Source: an uncultured Clostridia bacterium (GTDB taxonomy: Bacteria; Bacillota; Clostridia; Christensenellales; UBA1242). Taken from it: a stretch of DNA of 62,820 nucleotides. The stretch spans positions 1 to 62,820 of the forward strand of contig CALVNN010000004.1 of assembly GCA_944349765.1 (NCBI GenBank), given 5' to 3'. Positions 9,476 through 18,051 of this stretch are shown here, piece by piece. The notes beneath the pieces were generated by a model, which searched no databases, was not told the DNA's origin, and saw only the letters and a list, made by a program, of their open reading frames with translations. How positions within the stretch are numbered: position 1 is the first letter of the stretch; each line of letters starts with the position of its first letter. The position numbers were made by a program, and so were the translations under genes.

Positions 9476-9949
9476 ATGTCCCGTAGAAATGCAGCGATTA
9501 AAAAAGATGTTCTACCTGATCCAGTTTATGGCTCAAAGGTAGTTACTAAATTAATTAATCAAGTTATGAAAGACGGCAAAAAGGGTTTAGCTGAAAGAAT
9601 AGTTTACTCTGCTTTTGACAAAGCTAGTAACAAATTAGGCTTACCTGCTATGGAAGTGTTCAATCAAGCATTGGATAATGCTTCACCACTTCTAGAAACA
9701 AAAGCAAGAAGAGTGGGTGGTGCTAACTATCAAGTACCTATTGAGGTTAGACCTGACCGTAGACAAACTTTGGCTATAAGATGGTTAGTAGATTATGCCA
9801 GAGAAAGAACCGGCGAGCGTAATATGGATGAGAAGTTGGCTGCTGAATTGGTCGACGCTTACAACAACGCTGGCGGTGCTGTTAAGAAGAAAAATGAAAA
9901 ACATAAGATGGCTGAAGCTAATAAGGCTTTTGCTCATTATCGTTGGTAA
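9476..9949 (+). CDS. rpsG: 30S ribosomal protein S7
   Basis: MSRRN...[25 protein letters not shown], ending [10 protein letters not shown]. Canonical S7. Confidence 0.98.
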   Translation: MSRRNAAIKKDVLPDPVYGSKVVTKLINQVMKDGKKGLAERIVYSAFDKASNKLGLPAMEVFNQALDNASPLLETKARRVGGANYQVPIEVRPDRRQTLAIRWLVDYARERTGERNMDEKLAAELVDAYNNAGGAVKKKNEKHKMAEANKAFAHYRW

Positions 9950-9972
9950 TCTAATATATAAAGGAGAATTAT

Positions 9973-12066
9973 ATGCCAAGAGTTAGTCCTTTGGATAAAT
10001 ACAGAAATATTGGTATTATGGCACACATTGATGCTGGTAAGACCACAACAAGTGAGCGTATTCTATACTACACAGGTAAAGTCCACAAAATAGGCGAAGT
10101 GCACGATGGTGCGGCTACTATGGACTGGATGGCACAAGAGCAAGAGCGTGGTATCACTATTACAAGTGCATGTACTACTTGTCAATGGAAAGATCACCGC
10201 ATCAATATCATTGATACACCAGGACACGTGGACTTTACAGCAGAAGTAGAGCGTAGTCTTAAGGTGCTTGATGGTGCAGTTGCGGTATATTGTGCTAGAA
10301 GTGGTGTACAACCTCAATCTGAAAAGGTTTGGCGTCAAGCTACAAAATACGGTGTGCCTCGTATAGCTTTTGTTAACAAGATGGATAGAGATGATGCAGA
10401 CTTTTTCCGTGTTGTTAAGATGATGAAAGAAAGATTAAATTCTAATGCTGTTCCTATTCAAATTCCAGTAGGTTCAGCTGATACATTTAGAGGTGTTATT
10501 GATCTTTTTGAGATGCACGCTATTATGTATCATGAAGATGATGGAATGAAGTATAATATTACCGAAATTCCTGAGGAATTGAAAGCACAGGCACAGGAAT
10601 ATCGTGATAAGATGGTGGAGGCTATAGCTGAAACTGATGATGCTTTGCTTGAAAAATATTTTGGCGGTGAAGAGATTAGCGTGGCTGAATTAAAAGCTGC
10701 TATGAGAAAAGCTACTATTGAAATGAAGATGAACCCTGTTACTTGCGGTTCCGCATTTAAGAACAAGGGTGTACAAAGTCTTCTTGATGCAATCGTAGAT
10801 TTCTTACCTTCTCCACTAGATATTCCACCAATCAAAGGTGTGGGTATGGATCACGAGACTGAAATGGAGCGTAAAGCATCTGATGATGAACCATTCTCAG
10901 CTCTAGCTTTTAAGGTTATGAGTGATAAGTTTGTCGGAGAATTGACATTTATCCGTGTATATAGTGGCAAGTTAACTGCTGGTTCTTATGTGTTAAATTC
11001 AAATAAAGATAAGAAAGAAAGAGTTGGTCGTTTAATTCAAATGCACGCTAATAACCGAAACGAAATAGATGAAGTTTACGCTGGTGATATTTGTGCGGTT
11101 GTAGGTCTTAAGGATACTACCACAGGTGATACACTCTGTGACGAAAAGCATCCAATTATTCTAAGTGGTATTGATTTTGCTGAACCTGTTATCAAGATTG
11201 CTATTGAGCCTAAGACCAAGGCTATGCAAGAGAAGATGATTATGGGGCTTATTAAGTTAGCTAAGGAAGACCCTACCTTTAAGACTTACACAGATAACGA
11301 AACTGGTCAAACTATTATCGCAGGTATGGGCGAGTTGCACCTAGAGATTATTGTAGACCGTTTGAAGAGAGAATTTGGTGTTGAGGCTAATGTAGGTAGT
11401 CCACAAGTGGCTTACAAAGAGACCTTTAGAAAGAAAGTTACCAGTGAAGGCAAGTATATTCGTCAATCTGGTGGTAAGGGACAATACGGTCATTGTGTGA
11501 TTGAACTTGAACCTTTAGAGCCAGGCAGTGGGTTTATATTTGAAGATAAGACCGTTGGTGGTAGTATTCCTAAGGAATATATCCCAGCTGTTGAAAAAGG
11601 TTTAATTGAGTCAAAACAAAATGGTGTATTGGCTGGCTATGAGACAGTAGACTTTAAGGCTACAGTTGTAGATGGTTCTTATCACGATGTCGACTCTAGT
11701 GAGATGGCATTTAAGATAGCAGCTTCTATGGCATTTAAAGATGGAGTTAAGTCTGCTGACCCAGTTATCCTTGAGCCTATTATGATGGTTGAAGTGGAAG
11801 TTCCTAATGAAAATGACTACGTTGGTAATGTTATGAGTGGTATCAGTCAAAGACGTGGTATACCTGTTGGTAATGAGAGCGTAGGTACTACAACTGTTAT
11901 TAGGGCTGAGATTCCTCTAGCTGAAATGTTTGGTTATATTACTGACCTTCGTGGTGCTACTCAAGGTCGTGGTGACTTCACGATGGTTCCAGATCACTAT
12001 GCAGAAGTTCCTAAGTTTGTCGCTGAGAAGATTATCGGCGAAAGAGCTAAAAAAGACAATAATTAA
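9973..12066 (+). CDS. fusA: Elongation factor G
   Basis: [37 protein letters not shown]-motifs. 697 aa. Sits in the rpsL-rpsG-fusA-tuf order. Confidence 0.98.
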   Translation: MPRVSPLDKYRNIGIMAHIDAGKTTTSERILYYTGKVHKIGEVHDGAATMDWMAQEQERGITITSACTTCQWKDHRINIIDTPGHVDFTAEVERSLKVLDGAVAVYCARSGVQPQSEKVWRQATKYGVPRIAFVNKMDRDDADFFRVVKMMKERLNSNAVPIQIPVGSADTFRGVIDLFEMHAIMYHEDDGMKYNITEIPEELKAQAQEYRDKMVEAIAETDDALLEKYFGGEEISVAELKAAMRKATIEMKMNPVTCGSAFKNKGVQSLLDAIVDFLPSPLDIPPIKGVGMDHETEMERKASDDEPFSALAFKVMSDKFVGELTFIRVYSGKLTAGSYVLNSNKDKKERVGRLIQMHANNRNEIDEVYAGDICAVVGLKDTTTGDTLCDEKHPIILSGIDFAEPVIKIAIEPKTKAMQEKMIMGLIKLAKEDPTFKTYTDNETGQTIIAGMGELHLEIIVDRLKREFGVEANVGSPQVAYKETFRKKVTSEGKYIRQSGGKGQYGHCVIELEPLEPGSGFIFEDKTVGGSIPKEYIPAVEKGLIESKQNGVLAGYETVDFKATVVDGSYHDVDSSEMAFKIAASMAFKDGVKSADPVILEPIMMVEVEVPNENDYVGNVMSGISQRRGIPVGNESVGTTTVIRAEIPLAEMFGYITDLRGATQGRGDFTMVPDHYAEVPKFVAEKIIGERAKKDNN

Positions 12067-12112
12067 TACAAAAAAATAAATTAATAGATATCAAGAATTT
12101 TATACAAAATGA

Positions 12113-12141
12113 TTGCGAATTGTTTTTGAATATGTTATAAT
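12113..12141 (+). promoter_or_regulatory. Internal sigma-A promoter for tuf (extended -10)
   Basis: TTGCGA(12113-18), 17-nt spacer, TGtTATAAT(12133-41). Confidence 0.55.
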
Positions 12142-12184
12142 GTTCTTGTTTTAAATAAAACATATTTTTAAGGAGATTTTATAA

Positions 12185-13384
12185 ATGGCTAAATCAAAAT
12201 TTGACAGAAGTAAAGTCCATGTTAACATTGGTACTATTGGCCACGTTGACCATGGTAAAACTACTTTAACTGCTGCTATTACTACTGTATTAGCTGCAAA
12301 AGGTCACGCTCAAGCTATGGCTTATGACAAGATTGATAGTGCACCTGAAGAAAAAGCAAGAGGTATTACAATTAATACAGCACACGTTGAATATGAGACT
12401 GAAAAACGTCACTATGCACACGTTGACTGCCCAGGACACGCAGATTATGTTAAGAATATGATTACTGGTGCTGCTCAAATGGATGGTTCTATCCTAGTTG
12501 TTGCTGCTACTGATGGTCCAATGCCTCAAACTCGTGAACACATTCTTCTTGCTCGTCAAGTAGGCGTTCCTTACATCGTTGTATTTATGAATAAAATGGA
12601 TCAAGCTGACGAAGAATTAGCTGACCTTGTTGAGATGGAAATCCGTGATTTGTTAACTAAGTATGGATTCCCTGGCGATAAGACCCCAATCATCAGAGGT
12701 TCAGCTGTTAAGGCTTTGGAAGCTGCTCAAGCAGGTAATGTAGATGATCCAGCTTGCAAGTGTATTTTCGAATTAATGGATGCTGTTGATAGCTATATTC
12801 CAGATCCAGTTCGTGCTGTTGATCAACCATTCTTGATGCCTGTTGAAGACGTATTCACTATTACTGGTCGTGGTACTGTTGCTACTGGTAGAGTAGAACG
12901 TGGTGTATTGAAAGTTGGTGATGTAGTTGAGATTGTTGGTCTTGGTAGTAGAATGAATACTACTGTTACTGGTGTTGAGATGTTCCGTAAGCTTTTGGAT
13001 GAAGCTCAAGCTGGCGACAATATTGGTGCATTACTTCGTGGTATTACACGTCAACAAATTGAAAGAGGTCAAGTATTAGCTAAACCTGGTACAATCAATC
13101 CTCATACCGAATTTACAGCAGAAGTATACGTTTTGAAGAAAGAAGAAGGTGGTCGTCATACTCCATTCTTTAATGGTTATCGTCCTCAATTCTATTTCAG
13201 AACTACTGACGTTACTGGTACTATTCAATTACCAGAAGGCGTAGAGATGATTATGCCTGGTGATAACATCACTATGACTATTACTTTGATCAGTGATATT
13301 GCTATTGAACAAGGATTACGTTTTGCTATTCGTGAGGGTGGTAGAACTGTAGGTTCTGGCGTCGTTTCTAAGATTATTAAGTAA
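12185..13384 (+). CDS. tuf: Elongation factor Tu
   Basis: [33 protein letters not shown]..., [12 protein letters not shown]. 399 aa. Confidence 0.99.
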   Translation: MAKSKFDRSKVHVNIGTIGHVDHGKTTLTAAITTVLAAKGHAQAMAYDKIDSAPEEKARGITINTAHVEYETEKRHYAHVDCPGHADYVKNMITGAAQMDGSILVVAATDGPMPQTREHILLARQVGVPYIVVFMNKMDQADEELADLVEMEIRDLLTKYGFPGDKTPIIRGSAVKALEAAQAGNVDDPACKCIFELMDAVDSYIPDPVRAVDQPFLMPVEDVFTITGRGTVATGRVERGVLKVGDVVEIVGLGSRMNTTVTGVEMFRKLLDEAQAGDNIGALLRGITRQQIERGQVLAKPGTINPHTEFTAEVYVLKKEEGGRHTPFFNGYRPQFYFRTTDVTGTIQLPEGVEMIMPGDNITMTITLISDIAIEQGLRFAIREGGRTVGSGVVSKIIK

Positions 13385-13418
13385 TTAAATACTTATAAAT
13401 TATTAACTAAATTTAAGC

Positions 13419-13453
13419 AAAAACTTTATCAATCTACTGATAAAGTTTTTTTA
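13419..13453 (+). terminator. Intrinsic terminator after tuf
   Basis: 11-bp stem AAACTTTATCA(13421-31)/TGATAAAGTTT(13438-48), 6-nt loop, then a T-run. Confidence 0.7.
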
Positions 13454-13514
13454 TTAAATATATAAGCAATAACTTACACTATATAAATTTTGTATAAATT
13501 ATTAAGGAGTATTT

Positions 13515-13970
13515 ATGAGAAAATTTGAATTTGTTGAAAATAAATTTAAAAAGAATGGAGAAAGTGCCTTTATGCCAAAGCGTGCTACACAAACTTCAGC
13601 AGGATATGATTTTTACTCGCCGATTGAAGTTGTAATAAAGCCACATACAATGTCAATGATTTGGAGTGATGTTAAAGCAAAATTTAATGATGATGAAGTG
13701 TTAATAACTTGTGTAACAAGTGGAATGGGTAAAAGAGGACTAATATTAGCTAATGGTATTGGTGTCATAGATTGTGATTATTACAGTAATGAAAACAATG
13801 ATGGTAATATTGGTTTTATGTTATTAAACTTAAGTGATAACGAAATTTTAATAAAGCAAGGAGATAAAATAGGACAAGGCATATTTACAAAGTATTTTTC
13901 TGTAGATAATGAAGAAGAGGTGTTAGAAGTTCGAAAAGGTGGCTTTGGTAGTACTGTTAAAACGGAATAA
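13515..13970 (+). CDS. dut: dUTP diphosphatase (trimeric dUTPase family)
   Basis: Motifs SAGYDFYS, GIGVIDCDYY and C-terminal RKGGFGST. AAGGAG RBS. Confidence 0.85.
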   Translation: MRKFEFVENKFKKNGESAFMPKRATQTSAGYDFYSPIEVVIKPHTMSMIWSDVKAKFNDDEVLITCVTSGMGKRGLILANGIGVIDCDYYSNENNDGNIGFMLLNLSDNEILIKQGDKIGQGIFTKYFSVDNEEEVLEVRKGGFGSTVKTE

Positions 13971-13972
13971 AT

Positions 13973-14000
13973 AAAAAAAACCATAATTTATGGTTTTTTA
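13973..14000. terminator. Bidirectional hairpin between convergent dut and arsR-family genes
   Basis: A-run, palindrome CCATAATTTATGG (13981-93), T-run. Confidence 0.6.
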
Positions 14001-14006
14001 CTTATA

Positions 14007-14363
14007 TTAAAGTATTTTACTATTTTCGCCTAAAATATGATTAACACCTTTTAGCATAATATCATTTACATTTGTATTAGACAATGAATAGTAAATGATC
14101 TTACCGTCTCGACGATATTTTGCCATACCGAGTGTACGCAGTAGTTTTAATTGATGGCTTACCGTAGTTTGATTTATATTTAGCAAGCGTGATAAGTCAT
14201 TTACACACATTTCACTCATACTAAGTGCAGAAAGTATTTTTATTCTTGTTGGGTCGCTATAAGCTTGAAAATAGCTGGCTAACAAGATCAAAACTTCTTG
14301 ACTAGGCATAAACTTACGTATGGCGTCTTGCTTTGTTTTTTCTAGTAAAATAGCGTTTTCCAT
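14007..14363 (-). CDS. ArsR/SmtB family metalloregulatory transcription repressor
   Basis: The sequence LASYFQAYSDPTRIKILSALS..EMCVNDLSRLLNINQTTVSHQLKLLR..G.....RDGK.IYYSL is a classic ArsR winged HTH. Start moved to the ATG at 14363 (MENAILL), which follows AGGGAGGG. The longer track ORF (to 14417) has no RBS. Confidence 0.88.
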   Translation of the reverse strand: MENAILLEKTKQDAIRKFMPSQEVLILLASYFQAYSDPTRIKILSALSMSEMCVNDLSRLLNINQTTVSHQLKLLRTLGMAKYRRDGKIIYYSLSNTNVNDIMLKGVNHILGENSKIL

Positions 14364-14410
14364 AATGGTATCCCTCCCTTTGTTATTGTTGTACATATGA
14401 TACAATGTTT

Positions 14411-14432
14411 TATTCAATGTAACAATTGAATA
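14411..14432. promoter_or_regulatory. Candidate ArsR-family operator (8-6-8 inverted repeat) in the divergent promoter region
   Basis: TATTCAAT(14411-18) gtaaca ATTGAATA(14425-32) is a perfect inverted repeat. It overlaps the likely -35 (TTGTTA on the minus strand) of the regulator gene. Confidence 0.4.
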
Positions 14433-14491
14433 TATTGTCGCATAATAAATTATTAGGCGGTAGAATATTATATTTTGGAGGTTTATAGGCT

Positions 14492-14674
14492 ATGAGTACT
14501 GAATGGGCGATTATACTTGTTATAATATTGTCTGTTATAGCATCGGCTACTAATATTGATCTAGCTAATAACACATCTATTTTATTGCTGTTATTACTCA
14601 GCTTAATAAGTTTTGGTAATAGCAATAATAATTGCAATTGCAATAGGTGTAGTGGAAATACAATATTTATATAA
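14492..14674 (+). CDS. 60-aa hydrophobic mini-protein with a C-terminal CxCxxC motif
   Basis: GGAGG RBS 8 nt before the ATG. Two hydrophobic segments, then NSNNNCNCNRCSG. Stop is followed at once by a strong terminator. Divergent from the ArsR-family gene. Confidence 0.5.
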   Translation: MSTEWAIILVIILSVIASATNIDLANNTSILLLLLLSLISFGNSNNNCNCNRCSGNTIFI

Positions 14675-14675
14675 T

Positions 14676-14706
14676 AAAAAAACGCTTTTATTAAGCGTTT
14701 TTTTAT
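14676..14706. terminator. Bidirectional intrinsic terminator (mini-gene / AI-2E transporter gene)
   Basis: A-run, stem AACGCTT(14681-87)/AAGCGTT(14693-99), T-run. Confidence 0.7.
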
Positions 14707-14768
14707 TTAAAACCAACTCGTAAATAAATTATATCAAGCGTATAGTTGTATTTAATTTTGATTGTATT

Positions 14769-16034
14769 TTATTCGTCTTTAGGCTCATCATCAAAGAATG
14801 AGTAATTTACTGGCTTTGTATTTGAATTTTCAGCTAAGGCAAGATTTCTTTTGCGTAACTCTTCTTCAAACAAAGCTTGTTTCATTGCTTCTTCTTCCTG
14901 TTGTCTCTTTTGTTCTTCTTCTTTGTGTTTTAAATTATCACTTATTACTACACTCATAATGGCGGCAATAGGAGGGGCAAACGCCATACCAAGCATACCA
15001 AACATACCACCACCGATTACCATAGCTACCACCATTAATAGCATATTAGTTTTAATCTTTTTACCGATAATGTATGGAGTGACAAAAGTGGTTAAGAATG
15101 TGTAAACAATTACAAGTACTATAAGTACGGTAATAGCTTGATCTACAGAACCATAAATCAATGTTATCAGTATAGTCGGAATCAAACTTATAATAAATCC
15201 GATATAAGGTATCACGTTTAATATACTTATAATAAACGCCAATTCAAAAGCATATTTAACGCCTAATACAGCTAAGGTTATACCTATGCCGATAGTTAGT
15301 ACGCCGGCTTCTAAGATTTTAGCGACTAAGTAATCTAGCAATATTTTGTCTGATTTTTGAGTAACACTAAAAATATGTTGCGCTTTGTTTGGACACTTGA
15401 TTTCCACAACGTGTTTTGAAAAGTTACGAATTTTTTCTTTATCTTTTAAGTATAGGAATGCTATAAGGATGCCTAATAAGCATTGACCTAAAAAGGTAAA
15501 TGTACTAGTACCGATCTCAATTATTTTAGGTAAAAAATTAGTTAATGTATCTCCAAGATTTGAGACAAAACCATCTATGAGGGTAGATACTGTTTCACCG
15601 CCATTTGGGATTATATTATCTACAAATTCTGTTAATTGCGTTCGAATCTGGTAGACATATTGCTCACGGTTATTGAATAGCTCTGTACCTATCTCAATTA
15701 CTCTAGGCACAATCATATTGATTATAATAAAGATCACCAAAAATAAAATCAAAAATGCGATAATGATACTAATGATTCTTTTTATCTTAAAAGGATTTTT
15801 AGCATTTTTAAAAGCATTTTTCAAAATCTTTTGCTCGATAGCATCCATTAAATGCTTAAGAGCAAATATAATAAATAGCGCTATAATTATAGACGTTAAG
15901 GAGCTTAAAAATCCTGAAAATAATCCAAATAAAAAGTCGCCTGCAAGTGCACTAATGATTAAAGCACTGAGTAAAGCTATAAATAGTGGAATTACCCAAT
16001 ATTTGTGGGATTTATAATTTTTAAAGTTATCCAC
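14769..16034 (-). CDS. AI-2E family transporter (PerM/UPF0118)
   Basis: About 8 TM helices. Conserved C-terminal core (NVIPYIGFIISLIPTILI..., ...GGGMFGMLGMAFAPPIAA). GTG start preceded by AAGGAA. Charged Glu/Lys tail. Confidence 0.8.
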   Translation of the reverse strand: MDNFKNYKSHKYWVIPLFIALLSALIISALAGDFLFGLFSGFLSSLTSIIIALFIIFALKHLMDAIEQKILKNAFKNAKNPFKIKRIISIIIAFLILFLVIFIIINMIVPRVIEIGTELFNNREQYVYQIRTQLTEFVDNIIPNGGETVSTLIDGFVSNLGDTLTNFLPKIIEIGTSTFTFLGQCLLGILIAFLYLKDKEKIRNFSKHVVEIKCPNKAQHIFSVTQKSDKILLDYLVAKILEAGVLTIGIGITLAVLGVKYAFELAFIISILNVIPYIGFIISLIPTILITLIYGSVDQAITVLIVLVIVYTFLTTFVTPYIIGKKIKTNMLLMVVAMVIGGGMFGMLGMAFAPPIAAIMSVVISDNLKHKEEEQKRQQEEEAMKQALFEEELRKRNLALAENSNTKPVNYSFFDDEPKDE

Positions 16035-16186
16035 GTAGCATATTTCCTTTTAATATTTTATACTAATAATTATATCATAATTTAGCCAAAATAACAACGT
16101 TATGATTGCATATTTTGTTTTTTTATAGTATACTTAATTATTAGCTAAATTATTATTTTATTATAGATAACTTCACGGAGGGAAAT

Positions 16187-17083
16187 ATGTATAAATTTGT
16201 ATTATCAACCGATAGTTGTTGTGATGAGTTAAAATCAGCGTTATTAAGAGATGACATTGAATATATTGCTATGCCTTTTATTACGAATGAAGAAAATTAT
16301 GACAACTTTTCAAATTGGGAAGAATATAAACACTTTTTTGATGAGATGAGACGTGGTATGATGCCAACTACAGCTTCGTTAAGTATAGGCGAACTAGAGG
16401 AGTATTTTGAAAAATTAGTAGAAAAGTACAATATGGATATATTGCATTTTGCACTATCTAGCGGTCTATCAGTTACTTACGAAAATACTTGCAAGGCAGC
16501 TAAAACCGTTATGGATAGACATCCTAATATCAATATTTATGTGCCTGACACAAAGGCCGTCACTCAAGGGTTAAATATTTTGGTTCAAATTGCTAAAGAA
16601 TGGCGTAATCAAGGTAAATCAGCAAAAGCTACTAATGATCATATACTTAGCGTTGCACCTAACGTACACCATTGGTTTTATATCACTGATCTTTTCCATT
16701 TGAAGCGTGGTGGACGTATATCTACTGCTCAAGCTGCTTTGGGTAGTTTGGTTAAAGCGAGGATAGTATGTGATGTTCTAGATAATGGCAAATTAGGCGT
16801 GTATACTAAGACTATGGGCACTAAGAAGGCTATTAAGTGCCTTGCAGGTCTAGTACTAGATTATGGTACTGATTTAACGAACCAAACTATATACATCTGT
16901 CATACTGATGATGCACTCAGTGCGGAGCTTTTAAAGACATTTATAGTCAAAGAAGTGCCACGTGCTAAAGTGATCATAAATTATATTGGACCAGTTATAG
17001 GTTCTCATACTGGACCTGAAGCTGTAGGTGTGACTTTTATAGGCAAACCTCGTTTGAGTGACAAAACTAAAAAGAAAGATTAA
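16187..17083 (+). CDS. DegV family fatty-acid-binding protein
   Basis: N-terminus VLSTDSCCD, length ~298 aa, C-terminal GPVIGSHTGPEAVGV motif. GGAGGG RBS. Confidence 0.85.
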   Translation: MYKFVLSTDSCCDELKSALLRDDIEYIAMPFITNEENYDNFSNWEEYKHFFDEMRRGMMPTTASLSIGELEEYFEKLVEKYNMDILHFALSSGLSVTYENTCKAAKTVMDRHPNINIYVPDTKAVTQGLNILVQIAKEWRNQGKSAKATNDHILSVAPNVHHWFYITDLFHLKRGGRISTAQAALGSLVKARIVCDVLDNGKLGVYTKTMGTKKAIKCLAGLVLDYGTDLTNQTIYICHTDDALSAELLKTFIVKEVPRAKVIINYIGPVIGSHTGPEAVGVTFIGKPRLSDKTKKKD

Positions 17084-17100
17084 TGCTTATATTTACTTTT

Positions 17101-17136
17101 AAAGCCAAGGTTGATTATAACCGTTGGCTTTTTTAT
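17101..17136 (+). terminator. Intrinsic terminator after degV-family gene
   Basis: Stem AGCCAAGG/CCgTTGGCT followed by TTTTTT. Confidence 0.6.
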
Positions 17137-17286
17137 TTACTAAATTATTTACAAATCGCTTACATTATCGGCAGTTGTCGTACGTAGGGGCAAAGCCATA
17201 TTTTCGTTAGATTCTATAAAATTTAACAATAATTAAATTTTAGCATCATATAATTTATATTTTATTTGATAAGCGTCCTTATTTCG

Positions 17287-17315
17287 TTGCAAAATATCGC
17301 GTAATATTGTATAAT
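17287..17315 (+). promoter_or_regulatory. Sigma-A promoter
   Basis: TTGCAA(17287-92), 17-nt spacer ending in TG, TATAAT(17310-15). Confidence 0.6.
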
Positions 17316-17345
17316 ATTTTTTAGTCTATAAAGGAGGGTGTGTCA

Positions 17346-17801
17346 ATGAAAAAGTGTGCCTTAAATACCGTTGCTGTGATATTTTCTATACTAGGGTTTG
17401 CTAGCTTATTAATGCCAATGTATGGTACTCAAACAGAGATAACAGATGGTATCAGTACAATATCAGGTGCTAATCTTTTTAACTTGAGTGCTTTGAGTGA
17501 AAACGCGTTAAGTACAGTTATTATGATAATAGGTATCATAGCTTTGGTCGCAAGTGCAGTATTGATTGTGACTAGTATTCTTGGTAACAATAAGTCAATA
17601 GCAATGGTGAAAAATATCTGTGCAATTGCATTAGTTATTTTAGGTATCGTATTACTTATTTTAAGCATTGTTTATGTAGGGCAATTAAATGAAGAAGCTT
17701 TAATACTTAAGAATAATGTAATCTTGATGGGTGCTATTACTTTATTTGTAAGTAATATTATAGCTGGTCTAAGTGCTTTATTAAGTAAATATTTAAAATA
17801 A
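17346..17801 (+). CDS. Hypothetical integral membrane protein (4 TM)
   Basis: AGGAGGG RBS. ATG at 17346 (the track GTG at 17340 overlaps the RBS). Four hydrophobic helices. No family recognised. Confidence 0.6.
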   Translation: MKKCALNTVAVIFSILGFASLLMPMYGTQTEITDGISTISGANLFNLSALSENALSTVIMIIGIIALVASAVLIVTSILGNNKSIAMVKNICAIALVILGIVLLILSIVYVGQLNEEALILKNNVILMGAITLFVSNIIAGLSALLSKYLK

Positions 17802-17807
17802 AAATAA

Positions 17808-17836
17808 GAGGGAACGCTTGATTACGTTCCTTTTTC
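17808..17836 (+). terminator. Intrinsic terminator
   Basis: Stem GGAACG(17811-16)/CGTTCC(17825-30), 8-nt loop, TTTTT. Confidence 0.7.
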
Positions 17837-17994
17837 TTATGTGTTTGAGTGAAAGCTCCTTGATAATGTCGTGTTAGCTCGGGGTGATATGTTATAGGAC
17901 TCGTTCTCTACTCAGTGATACATATCCCTTCTTGGAGACCCTTCGCCAGAGCTTTAGGGTGACATGTTGGGGAGTGCTCTACAAAGTAATTATA
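17837..17994. ncRNA. Orphan GC-rich structured element between two terminators; candidate sRNA (strand unresolved, minus slightly favoured)
   Basis: About 45% G+C by my count over 17841-17990, against 13% in a typical intergenic stretch (47541-47600). No plausible ORF on either strand. Helices GGG..ATATG(17881-91)/CATATCCC(17921-28), ACCCT(17938-42)/AGGGT(17956-60) and AGAGC(17948-52)/GCTCT(17976-80). The last two overlap (17948-52 lies inside the loop of the first, and 17956-60 inside the loop of the second), so they are alternatives, not simultaneous. On the minus strand there are three C-rich motifs (CUCCCC, CACCCU, CACCCC) and a perfect TATAAT at 17989-17994. Confidence 0.35.
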
Positions 17995-18000
17995 AAAGAA

Positions 18001-18034
18001 AAAATCGCATTCCATAAGGTTTGCGATTTTTTTG
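18001..18034. terminator. Bidirectional intrinsic terminator 3' of the TasA-like gene
   Basis: A-run, stem ATCGCA(18004-09)/TGCGAT(18022-27), T-run at 18027-18033. Lies 17 nt after the minus-strand stop at 18052. Confidence 0.7.
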
Positions 18035-18051
18035 CATTAAGATATATTGTA

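Noticed and set aside
14410-14643. 77-aa minus-strand ORF overlapping the mini-gene and the arsR promoter region
   Set aside because: It has no RBS and would start inside the + strand mini-gene terminator region. Its product is Leu/Ile/Asn-rich filler. The + strand 60-aa ORF has the RBS and the terminator.
17934-17978. Resemblance of GGGGAGUGC and GGAGACC to the conserved loops of the yybP-ykoY Mn2+ riboswitch
   Set aside because: The two motifs occur in the wrong 5'-to-3' order on the + strand. The P1 pairing cannot be drawn. No gene lies downstream on either strand for a riboswitch to control.
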